Source: Candidatus Zixiibacteriota bacterium
Lineage (GTDB): Bacteria; Zixibacteria; MSB-5A5; CAIYYT01
Length of the DNA stretch: 28,777 nucleotides
Reading direction: 5' to 3'
NCBI GenBank assembly: GCA_040235515.1
Contig: JBECKX010000060.1
Span: 1-28,777 of the forward strand
Below the pieces are notes generated by a model. It ran no database searches. It was not told the DNA's origin and saw nothing but the letters and a program-made list of their open reading frames with translations. Of the stretch, positions 1 through 8,339 are shown piece after piece. Positions within the stretch are counted from its first letter, which is position 1; every line of letters begins with the position of its first letter. Both the position numbers and the translations under genes were made by a program.

Positions 1-1577
1 CCCAAACCTGCGAAGTTGGCATTCACACCACGATATTCGGTATCATAAAGCTCATAGATGTTCAGCGGCCAGTCACCCGTGTAGGTGAGCCAGGGATCGC
101 CGAATCCGGCCGGTCCCTCAGGAATGAAAGCATCTCCAAAGGTGTAGAAATCGCCACCGTTGAACCATGATGTGTCACCATTGGCGTTGATGAACGGTTC
201 CGGTGCGTCAAACTGACCGTTACCGTTGAGATCAAAGAAGTACTCATACTCGTCGAAAAGGAGGAAATCATCCGGCTCAAGTCCGCCACCCGGGGTATTC
301 GGATCACCCGGCTGCTGGAGGAAGCTGCGGTTGTATCTCGAGAGAGTTACTTCATAGTAGGTTGACTTGTCAATCTGGTGAGTTAACTGCGCCTTGTAGA
401 ACGAAGAGCGGTCCTCACGGATCGGCGCGGTACTCGGCGTGTAGATATACTCCCACTGGAAGACAGTCTCATCGGTCCAGGAACCGCGATACTGGAAGTT
501 CAGTCGGATATTGGCACTCGCCTGCACACGCATCTGAATCTGCGCTTCATACTCGTTCCGCATGCGATCGGTCAGGTCGAAGAGACCGAGAATCGAGCGG
601 CTGCGGAAATCGGTCGCGGAAGCCGATGTGAAATAATCTTTGTAACTGACGTAATTGTCAGTCTTGTCCGCGGCAGCCTGAACCTGGTAGAAGACCTTGT
701 CGCTGAACCAGTTCATACCAAGGCGCGGGAGCAACTCCTGGCTGACGAGCGGTTCCGGACCAGACATACTGAAGTCGAGACGATCGAAATTCTCTGAGTT
801 CTTGTTCAGAATATCGGTGCCGAGGTCGTCGGTGAGGTATTCGAGGTTACCGGTCGTGAAGTCGGAACCGGTCTTGGTGGTGATGTTGACGATACCGGAT
901 GAAGCGTTGCCATACTCGGCGTCGAAACCGCCTTTAATGATCTGCAAGTCTTCGATAACGTTACCGGAAATATTCATCGCCTGGTCAACCGAGCCAAGGC
1001 CACCCAACGGGTCTTTGATCGGCACGCCGTCAACAACGTAGGTCACCTCGTTCGAACGACCACCACGGATGTGGATTTCGCCGAAGCGTTCCACCACACC
1101 GACCTGGGTCGTCAAGATATCCTGCACGGTGGAAACCGGCATGTTCTTGATATTTTCTGCGGTGATCTGGCGGACGTTGGTCGAACGGTCAGCCTGCAGG
1201 AGGTCGCGTTCGGCAGTAACCTCGATGGCTTCCATCTCGATGACAGCCTCTTCAAGCGTGAAGTCTACTGAAGTCGTGCGGTCCACCAGGACTTCCACTC
1301 CGGTGGTTCTGACCGACTGATATCCCTGCAGGGCCGCAGTGATATCGTAGGTTCCGGGTGGGACGTTAATGATGATATACTCACCATTAAAGTCAGCCTG
1401 CGCACCCATCGTGGTCCCGTCAATTGTGACCACACCAAATGGCACAGGCGATTTAGTCTTTGAGTTGATAAGCTTGCCACGGACTTTGCCCGTTGTTCCA
1501 GCAAACACGCTGGTAGACGCAAACAGCGCCAGCAAGGTCAAAATCGCAGCATTCCGAATAACATGAGCGATTCGCAT
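1..1577 (-). CDS. TonB-dependent outer-membrane receptor with N-terminal carboxypeptidase-regulatory-like domain and plug; partial, runs off the left edge
   Basis: Hand-translated (absent from the ORF track because there is no stop in the window). ATG at 1577 with AGGAGG just upstream. Signal peptide MRIAHVIRNAAILTLLALFASTSVFA followed by GTTGKVRG; GEYIIINVPPGTYDI; plug motifs IHIRGGRSNEVTYVVDGVPIKD and IIKGGFDAEYGNASSGIVNITTK. Confidence 0.93.
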   Translation of the reverse strand, partial: MRIAHVIRNAAILTLLALFASTSVFAGTTGKVRGKLINSKTKSPVPFGVVTIDGTTMGAQADFNGEYIIINVPPGTYDITAALQGYQSVRTTGVEVLVDRTTSVDFTLEEAVIEMEAIEVTAERDLLQADRSTNVRQITAENIKNMPVSTVQDILTTQVGVVERFGEIHIRGGRSNEVTYVVDGVPIKDPLGGLGSVDQAMNISGNVIEDLQIIKGGFDAEYGNASSGIVNITTKTGSDFTTGNLEYLTDDLGTDILNKNSENFDRLDFSMSGPEPLVSQELLPRLGMNWFSDKVFYQVQAAADKTDNYVSYKDYFTSASATDFRSRSILGLFDLTDRMRNEYEAQIQMRVQASANIRLNFQYRGSWTDETVFQWEYIYTPSTAPIREDRSSFYKAQLTHQIDKSTYYEVTLSRYNRSFLQQPGDPNTPGGGLEPDDFLLFDEYEYFFDLNGNGQFDAPEPFINANGDTSWFNGGDFYTFGDAFIPEGPAGFGDPWLTYTGDWPLNIYELYDTEYRGVNANFAGL

Positions 1578-1810
1578 GGACCTACCTCCTTGCCGCTGAG
1601 GAGCAGCGACCTATCTGTAACAAATGTTGATTAATCTGCACTAATTCAGATGGTTTCGTCAGTAATCTATGGGTTTTCAACTGAAACTGGATTGACGCTA
1701 TCAATTTTGGAAATACGCAACCTTTCCCAAGCAAACACGTAAACTAACTAAGATTGACTCGATTCCTGGTGGCGGACATGCTTGCGCTTAACTCCTTAGC
1801 AGGCAACTCA

Positions 1811-1828
1811 GTATGCAAGTTTGCATAC
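1811..1828. promoter_or_regulatory. Perfect inverted repeat GTATGCAA-GT-TTGCATAC, putative operator upstream of the TonB receptor
   Basis: 8-bp arms with a 2-nt spacer in the AT-richer 1578-2034 intergenic region. Confidence 0.4.
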
Positions 1829-2034
1829 CGGCATTTCCGTTGACGGACAATCCCTGAAATAACCACGAACTACCGCCTCCTGTCAAGCGAAAATTGACTC
1901 TTTCCGTGTAACCGACGCGTTACTTGCTTGTCACACCACATAGACTTGTAACTGCTTATTTTGTTTAATCTTCGCAGGTTCTTTTTCGCCAGTTGTAGCA
2001 CGGCGATTTCGCCGATTACACCGTCTCGGATAGC

Positions 2035-2817
2035 TCATCCGGAACAGCCCAATTCGACCTGAAACACTCTCGCAAACGCCTCCCGCCAAACCTCAGCTAC
2101 CTCATCACAGGCCGGGATCCTCCCCAATTCCAGTTCGAGCGAGGTCACCGACTCTGCTGATAGCGACAAACCCGCAGGCCAGATTTCGGCCAGGTCGGCG
2201 CCACTCCAGTTGTCCTCGATCCGCAGCGACCCATGCTGCAGGAAGAATTCCCCGGCGCGAAACTGCGCACTGCCGCAAATCTTCCGTCCCCGGACCGTAA
2301 CCTCGAACGGATTGAGCATGGCAAAACAGGGCGAAAGCCGATTAGTTGCCTTCGCACCTGACTCGACAGACTCAGAAGTGGTCACGCCCAACATGCTGAG
2401 CGCCAACCGGTGTGCTTTGCTGATCGCTCGATAGGTTGTGCTCAGGGTCCTGAACTCAGGATGCCAGCGCTTGTGCGAGATGACGGCATAGCAGAGGTCA
2501 CCCTTGTGCAACAGCGCCCTGCCGCCTGTCGGCCGTTGAACGACATCGTAACCGAGCCGGCGCGCTTCCTCCACCCGCACCGAGTCGGACGCTCCCTGGT
2601 TGTAGCCATAGCTTACCGCCGGCGGGGTCCAGCGGTAGAAACGGAGAATCGGCCGCTGTCTGCTTCCACCACGTAACTCGCCGAGAAGTCTCCGATCCAG
2701 GCCCATCTGATCGGCGCCACAGGCCGAGGTAAGCCCGAGATAGTCCCATGCAAGAGCTGATTCAGGTAAGAGCGTATCAGCGTTTACGACATGATCTGGC
2801 ACACCGGGTGTTTTCAT
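2035..2817 (-). CDS. Lipoate-protein ligase A / LipM-like octanoyltransferase family protein
   Basis: LRFYRWTPPAVSYGYNQ, QRPTGGRALLH and GRKICGSAQ...FLQHGSL motifs. Start uncertain (ATG 2817 preferred over 2853). Confidence 0.88.
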   Translation of the reverse strand: MKTPGVPDHVVNADTLLPESALAWDYLGLTSACGADQMGLDRRLLGELRGGSRQRPILRFYRWTPPAVSYGYNQGASDSVRVEEARRLGYDVVQRPTGGRALLHKGDLCYAVISHKRWHPEFRTLSTTYRAISKAHRLALSMLGVTTSESVESGAKATNRLSPCFAMLNPFEVTVRGRKICGSAQFRAGEFFLQHGSLRIEDNWSGADLAEIWPAGLSLSAESVTSLELELGRIPACDEVAEVWREAFARVFQVELGCSG

Positions 2818-2993
2818 GGGGCCGAAGATACGCAATGGACGAAAAGAGATCAAGGCGACTCGTCAGATGCAGTGGAGATCCTGCGCCTAATGTCAAACAT
2901 AGGGAGTCGTTTGAGGTCGCTAGTGAGCGAAACGGTCGTTACAGTCACACGATAGGACTAGCGATCGAGACTGTAACCGAGCGAAATACTGAA

Positions 2994-3029
2994 TAATTGA
3001 TTGGGTAATTGATTGAGTGATTGATTGGG
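2994..3029. repeat. Three degenerate 12-bp tandem repeats
   Basis: TAATTGATTGGG / TAATTGATTGAG / TGATTGATTGGG. Confidence 0.7.
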
Positions 3030-3080
3030 AGACTTAATGAATGAGTGACCGAAAGGCCGGGGTGATCAGATCAAATCAGA

Positions 3081-6002
3081 TCAGATGTCGAGCTTGATAT
3101 GGTACTGCTTCATCTTGAGGCGCAGCGTCGACTCGGGGATCGAAAGCGCCTCGGCGGCGTGTTTCTTGACGCCTTCCGCCTTGCGCAGAGCTTCGACGAT
3201 AAACTCACGCTCAAGCCGTCCGAGGTACTCATAGAGGGAGAAATCACCGACCGGTTCGGCGGGCTTATGACCCGATTCTTTGAGGCTATCGGTGATGCGA
3301 CGGGAGATCATATAGCTTGAAATTGACTTCTTTTCACCGGCGAGCAGGACAAGCTTCTTCAACTCATTTTCTAACTCACGAATATTGCCGGGCCAATTGT
3401 AGTCTGCCAGGATACGGAAAGCCTCCGGTTCCACCTTGACCTCCGGGTCGAGCTTGCTGACGAAGTGCCGAATCAACAACGGCAAATCTTCGGTGCGCTC
3501 GCGCAGCGGCGGCAGTTTGACTGCAAAGGTTGAGAGGCGGTAGTAGAGATCCTGACGGAACTCACCATTCTCCATCGCCTTCTTCAGGTCGGCGTTCGTG
3601 GCAGAAATGATTCTGACATCGACGCTGCGAGGGGTGGTTTCGCCCAGGCGAACCACTTCCTTCTCCTCGATCACACGCAGCAGCTTCACCTGCACGGACA
3701 ATGGCAAATCACCGATTTCGTCGAGGAAAAACGTACCGCCGTCCGCTTCTTCGAACAGCCCCACCTTCTCACCATCCGCGCCGGTGAATGCTCCCCGCTT
3801 ATAGCCGAACAACTCCGATTCGAGCAGGGTCTCCGGCAGCGCGGCGCAATTGACAGAGACGAAGCGGCGATCGCGGCGGTTCGAGTTGTAGTGAAGTGCT
3901 TTGGCGAGCAGGTCCTTACCGGTTCCCGTTTCACCCTCGATCAGAATCGAAATCGAGGAATCCTTTACCTGGTTCACCCGCTCAAGCGTTTCGAGCATCT
4001 CCGGGTTTGAGGTAATGATGTTTGGGAACGCGAGTTGCTTCTGCAGTTGGTCTTTCAGGCGGCGATTGTCCTCTGCCAGCCTCCGTTTCTGTTCTTCCGA
4101 CGACTTGAACGCGATGATGTCGGAAAATGCGATGGCGAACTGCAGATTCGCCTGCGAAAATGAGTCCGCGACGTCGTGATTGCGATCGACATAGATGAGC
4201 CCATCGGTATCCTGCGAAAGTTGAATCGGAATCGAGAGGAAACCATCGATCTGGTCGTCATCGATGCCGAGGAAATCGAACATCCGACGCCGGTCAGTCG
4301 AGAGATGGGAAACCAGCAATGGTCGGTCGAGCGGCAACGAACCGCCTCGTCCGTTGCTCAGAGCTTTGGTGACCTTGTTCAGTCTGGTTTGATCGAATTC
4401 GAGTGCCGCGAGCGGTTCGAAGTTGTTGCTGACAGAATCGTAGCTGAGGATAAAGGCGCGCTTGCCGTGCAGCCGATCACGCAGGACTTTCAAGGTGTCT
4501 TCAAGCGAGCCGCTCTTGAGCGAGCCATATTCGATGCGGGAGAGGAGCGAACTGAAGAGGCTGTACTCATTCTCGTTCGAGAGTCCGGAGTCAACCATAT
4601 CTTCTTCGATCTTCATCCGCAGGATCCGGCATTCCTCAATCGAGCGATCGTCGCGCTTCTCGGCGGCCATCGCCTCGCACTTTGAAAGGTGGGAGAGCGC
4701 CTCATCATACTGCCGCGCCTGAACTTCCAGCAGGCTGAACTGGTAGTGGCAGCCAATCTGCAGACTGGTAATGACCAGCTTGTCAGCCAACCGCAGCGAG
4801 GCATGAAGATAGCGCGATGCCGCCTCACGATAGGCATCCGATTTCAGCAACGACTTGCCGGCGATATAGTACGCGTGCGCCAGTTCCCGAAGTTCACCGG
4901 CGTGATCGATCGACGCAATCAAATCGCCGAACAACTCGGCCGATTCAGCGTAGTTGCCGTCAACAGCTTTGAGGGCTGCCAGAATCTTGTCTGCGCCTGC
5001 GACTTCGATCGATTCACCGACACTCTCGGCGACTTCACGCGCCCGCCGTGCATGATCCTCAGCGAGTGCGAGATTTCCGACGCGATACTCAAGTTCCGCG
5101 ATGCGGCGCTCGGTCTGGCTGATGATCGCACTCTCGGGGGCGATGCGGTTGCCGATCTCGATTGCGTGCTCGTAATGTTCACGTGACATGCGCAGGTCAC
5201 CAAGTGCCTGGCACAATTCACCCATATACTCGTGATAGATAGCGCGTTCGCGGATCAGGTTGTTCTGGCGAATCAGTTCGTATGCCCTGTCGAGCGTCTG
5301 GCGCGCCAGCGCATATTCTTCCTGCAGGTACATCACGTAACCGAGTGACAACAGGTTCTTGGCTTCCGAAGCTGACGAACCGGTGCGGCGTGCTACTTCG
5401 ACACACCCTTCCAACGTCTGCCGCGCTTGCTTCCACTCTCCGATGAGTATCTGCACGCGCGCACGGTTACCGCGAGCCTTGTTGACAGCAAGCTCGGAGG
5501 TCTCCGGCAACGACTCCAGCAGTTCCAGCGACTCCGCCAGAAAATTGTCGGCCAGCTTGAACTCACCCCGAATAAAGTACAACTGGGCGAGTTTGTTGTA
5601 ACAGCCGACAAGCTCGTCGTCTCGGTCAATTCTACGGAAGGAAGAAATGGCATCCCTGATGAATGCCTCACCCGCTTTTAGATCGCCGAGGGCAATGTAG
5701 ATCTTGCCCAGCAAGGCCTGCAGACGGCCAATGACACGGTTCTCGGCGGTGGCACTGACCAGCTCGTAAGCCTTCAGCGCCTCGCCCAGGACTTCGCGCG
5801 GCGGTTTATGATGAAATGCCAAAGCCGCCTGAGCATAGTGGAAAGTACCGATCAGGATATCATCCCCTGACTGGCTGACGCCGGCAGAAAGCTTACCGAG
5901 CTCGCTGCGAGCGTCTTCAAACCTATGCTCGTTAATCAGCCAATGTACCGCTTCTAAGCGTTGAGCTGATTCGAGCTTTGCATTACCCAAATTCGTGTCC
6001 AT
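3081..6002 (-). CDS. Sigma-54-dependent transcriptional activator: N-terminal TPR array, GAF-like domain, AAA+ domain, Fis-type HTH
   Basis: Walker A GETGTGKD, GAFTGA loop (3777-3794), Walker B FFLDEIG, FRQDLYYRL, WPGNIRELEN, HTH KKHAAEALSIPESTLRLKMK. The first ~470 aa are repeated helical TPR-like units. No receiver domain and no signal peptide. Confidence 0.95.
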   Translation of the reverse strand: MDTNLGNAKLESAQRLEAVHWLINEHRFEDARSELGKLSAGVSQSGDDILIGTFHYAQAALAFHHKPPREVLGEALKAYELVSATAENRVIGRLQALLGKIYIALGDLKAGEAFIRDAISSFRRIDRDDELVGCYNKLAQLYFIRGEFKLADNFLAESLELLESLPETSELAVNKARGNRARVQILIGEWKQARQTLEGCVEVARRTGSSASEAKNLLSLGYVMYLQEEYALARQTLDRAYELIRQNNLIRERAIYHEYMGELCQALGDLRMSREHYEHAIEIGNRIAPESAIISQTERRIAELEYRVGNLALAEDHARRAREVAESVGESIEVAGADKILAALKAVDGNYAESAELFGDLIASIDHAGELRELAHAYYIAGKSLLKSDAYREAASRYLHASLRLADKLVITSLQIGCHYQFSLLEVQARQYDEALSHLSKCEAMAAEKRDDRSIEECRILRMKIEEDMVDSGLSNENEYSLFSSLLSRIEYGSLKSGSLEDTLKVLRDRLHGKRAFILSYDSVSNNFEPLAALEFDQTRLNKVTKALSNGRGGSLPLDRPLLVSHLSTDRRRMFDFLGIDDDQIDGFLSIPIQLSQDTDGLIYVDRNHDVADSFSQANLQFAIAFSDIIAFKSSEEQKRRLAEDNRRLKDQLQKQLAFPNIITSNPEMLETLERVNQVKDSSISILIEGETGTGKDLLAKALHYNSNRRDRRFVSVNCAALPETLLESELFGYKRGAFTGADGEKVGLFEEADGGTFFLDEIGDLPLSVQVKLLRVIEEKEVVRLGETTPRSVDVRIISATNADLKKAMENGEFRQDLYYRLSTFAVKLPPLRERTEDLPLLIRHFVSKLDPEVKVEPEAFRILADYNWPGNIRELENELKKLVLLAGEKKSISSYMISRRITDSLKESGHKPAEPVGDFSLYEYLGRLEREFIVEALRKAEGVKKHAAEALSIPESTLRLKMKQYHIKLDI

Positions 6003-6011
6003 CGAAAATCA

Positions 6012-6054
6012 GCGTTTCTAAACGTTTTTCGCGTTTCTAAAGCGTTCTTCTAAA
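6012..6054. repeat. Direct repeats GCGTTTCTAAA (x2) plus a variant, between the small gene and the activator start
   Basis: Copies at 6012-6022 and 6031-6041; GCGTTCTTCTAAA at 6042-6054. Confidence 0.7.
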
Positions 6055-6065
6055 TGTACGGCTAA

Positions 6066-6416
6066 CTATCTGTAGTCCGGCTTCGCTACCTTTCCAGATA
6101 GATACTTACTTCCTCTTTCAGGCTTCGGCGAAACCTGATGCACTTGTTGACCAATCACGTACGAGTCGATTCCGGCAAAAAGCCAATATGCCCAGAATCT
6201 AATCCTGAACATGAAGACATCGTCGCCGCTGTCAGAATCATCGACATTGCCGATGTCGTCAGGGTCGTTCCCGATGTTTTCACTGGAGTTCGACGCGGTA
6301 GTCGTGTCGGTCGGCCTGTCATCCCAGGGATGGTCGAGCGCTGTCGCTTGACTTGACAGCAGAAGTGCAACCGAGGCAGTAATGATCACCAAAAATGTAA
6401 TTTTCAGTAGGTTCAT
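6066..6416 (-). CDS. Small secreted protein / putative signalling pre-pro-peptide (116 aa)
   Basis: AGGAGG at 6425-6430 lies 8 nt before ATG 6416 (preferred over GTG 6422). Sec signal MNLLKITFLVIITASVALLLSSQATA with an A-x-A site, then LDHPWDD, an acidic low-complexity linker, an aromatic patch and a basic tail. Confidence 0.8.
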   Translation of the reverse strand: MNLLKITFLVIITASVALLLSSQATALDHPWDDRPTDTTTASNSSENIGNDPDDIGNVDDSDSGDDVFMFRIRFWAYWLFAGIDSYVIGQQVHQVSPKPERGSKYLSGKVAKPDYR

Positions 6417-6534
6417 ACCCACCGCCTCCTAGACTTCACTGTTGAGAGTCTATAGATAATAAATGTTCACTAACTCGAAGCTGTGGTCGCTTCAAAATTT
6501 CAGAATAGAATTGTTTGTGCAAGGATGCACACAC

Positions 6535-6563
6535 ACGATAAGCGTCGCTGCAAACCTTGTCAA
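6535..6563 (-). promoter_or_regulatory. Sigma70-type promoter for the small gene / activator pair
   Basis: TTGACA (6563-6558), 17-nt spacer, TATCGT (6540-6535). Confidence 0.65.
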
Positions 6564-6772
6564 GCAGTTTTTGCGCCGGAGGAAACTTTGAAGCGCAACC
6601 ATGACACAATCCCTTTTACATTAACAACTTACGAAGCGGCGCAGAAAATGCGAGCAGCTCGGATCGCGGCTGACCAAGACCACGTATCAGCAAGTTCCGA
6701 CCGGTCTGAAGCGAGTCGGCAGCCAGCCAAGACCCAAAAAGCCCTCAAAGCCACCGAACATCGCTGAGCAGA

Positions 6773-7558
6773 CTACAGTACCTGGCTCTCGCGCAGTTTC
6801 TTGAACAGCGCATCAGCTATCTCAGCCGGAGTAGCGCCCTCAATCATTTCACCCTTCGGACGTGCCGGCGGGCTGGCCGCTTTGGTGACTTCACTCCGCA
6901 TTGCAAACGCGGGCGAATTCAGATCAATCCCGGTGTCGGCGGTGCTGAGCACTTTAAGCTCTTTCTTCTTCGCCATCATCTTACCCTTCAGGGAAGGCAG
7001 GCGCGGTTCGTTGATTTCCTTTACCACCGACATTACGAGCGGCGTGGAAGCTTCTACTTTATCGAAACCGGTATCGGTCATTCGTTCGACGGTCAAGGTA
7101 TTGCCGGCGACATTTTCGATTTTGCGAACGAACATCACGGCTGGCCAGCCGAGCGCGCCACCAACGGCGCTACTGACGCTGGAGGAGTCGGAATCGACAG
7201 CCTGCTTCCCGAAAAGCACCAGGTCAACATCACCGATGCTTTTAATCCCGGCGGCCAGTGCTGTTGCCACACCAATCGTATCGAGAGCGCCGAAAGCTTC
7301 ATCGCTCAGGTGGACGGCCTCATCGGCGCCGAGGGCCAACCCCTCACGCAGCGCGTACTCAGCTTCCTTGCCGCCGAGTGAGAGAACAATCACTTGGCCA
7401 CCATGCTTCTCTTTGAGGCGCAGCGCTTCCTCGATCGCATAGCTGTCGAAGGGATTGACCATTCCGGGGCTTTGCGGGAGTTTCAACTCGCCTTTGCTGT
7501 CGTCGACTGTCACCAGTGCAATCTCGGGGACCTGTTTGATGCATACCACTATCTTCAC
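6773..7558 (-). CDS. etfB: Electron transfer flavoprotein beta subunit
   Basis: MKIVVCIKQVP, NPFDSYAIEEALRLKE, GKQAVDSDS, INEPRLPSLKGKMMAKKK. GTG start overlaps the rnc stop by 4 nt. Confidence 0.96.
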   Translation of the reverse strand: MKIVVCIKQVPEIALVTVDDSKGELKLPQSPGMVNPFDSYAIEEALRLKEKHGGQVIVLSLGGKEAEYALREGLALGADEAVHLSDEAFGALDTIGVATALAAGIKSIGDVDLVLFGKQAVDSDSSSVSSAVGGALGWPAVMFVRKIENVAGNTLTVERMTDTGFDKVEASTPLVMSVVKEINEPRLPSLKGKMMAKKKELKVLSTADTGIDLNSPAFAMRSEVTKAASPPARPKGEMIEGATPAEIADALFKKLRESQVL

Positions 7559-8337
7559 TTTTCAACCTCCTTGGCGCGTTCCGCCTCAAGGGCCACCAGC
7601 GCGCTGGCTGCGGCCTCCTGCTCGGCGCTTTTTTTGGAATCACCGCGCCCACTACCGAGCCGACGCCCTTCCACGAACACTTCCACAGTGAACACCTTCT
7701 GATGATCGGGACCATCTTCGTCACTGACGGTATAGCGTGGTGCGCCCTTGCCATTGGCCTGCAGGCGTTCGAGCAGCTCGCCTTTGTAGTTACGTAACGC
7801 GAGTTGTTTACTCTTCTTGGAAAAATCGAATGAAATGACTTTGCGAATCACTCCCCGCGCAGCCTCCAGCCCGCCATCCAGGTAGACAGCACCGAAAAGC
7901 GCTTCCAGGCTGTCGGCGAGGATTGACTGCCGCTCCCGGCCGCCGGCCCGCTCTTCATCGGGGGACATGAAAACATACTCTCCCAGTCCGATAACACCGG
8001 CGGTATGAGCGAGCACCTTCTTATTCACGAGGATTGATTTATTCTTGGTCAGTTTTCCCTCGGTCATATCGGTGTAGCGGCTGAAGAGTTCTTCAGCCAC
8101 GATCAGACCGAGCACGGAATCTCCCAGAAACTCCAGCCGTTCGTAGGAGCGAATCGTCGTGGATTCGACCTGCCGCAGGTACGACCGATGCGTGAGCGCC
8201 TTGAGAAGATAGTAGTCGTCGTTGAACTGATAGCCGATCTTGGCTTCCAGGGCCGCCCGCGCCTTTGGGGCAAGACTTAGTTGGCCCCTCTCTGCAGGCA
8301 TCTTCCTGCCAAAAAGCTTGGTCAGGAACTTGAGCAT
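7555..8337 (-). CDS. rnc: Ribonuclease III
   Basis: ALTHRSY, ERLEFLGDSVL signature, ADSLEALFGAVYLD, C-terminal dsRBD (SKKSAEQEAA). Confidence 0.98.
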   Translation of the reverse strand: MLKFLTKLFGRKMPAERGQLSLAPKARAALEAKIGYQFNDDYYLLKALTHRSYLRQVESTTIRSYERLEFLGDSVLGLIVAEELFSRYTDMTEGKLTKNKSILVNKKVLAHTAGVIGLGEYVFMSPDEERAGGRERQSILADSLEALFGAVYLDGGLEAARGVIRKVISFDFSKKSKQLALRNYKGELLERLQANGKGAPRYTVSDEDGPDHQKVFTVEVFVEGRRLGSGRGDSKKSAEQEAAASALVALEAERAKEVEK

Positions 8338-8339
8338 GA

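Noticed and set aside
62..1566. Short ORFs listed over the first 1.6 kb
   Set aside because: Shadow frames of the TonB receptor gene, which is open from 1577 to the window edge.
1814..1830. Sigma54 promoter CGGTATGCAAACTTGCA for the TonB receptor
   Set aside because: GG-to-GC spacing is 11 nt; sigma54 requires 10.
6483..6767. 94-aa plus-strand ORF
   Set aside because: No RBS or recognisable motif, and it spans the minus-strand promoter region.
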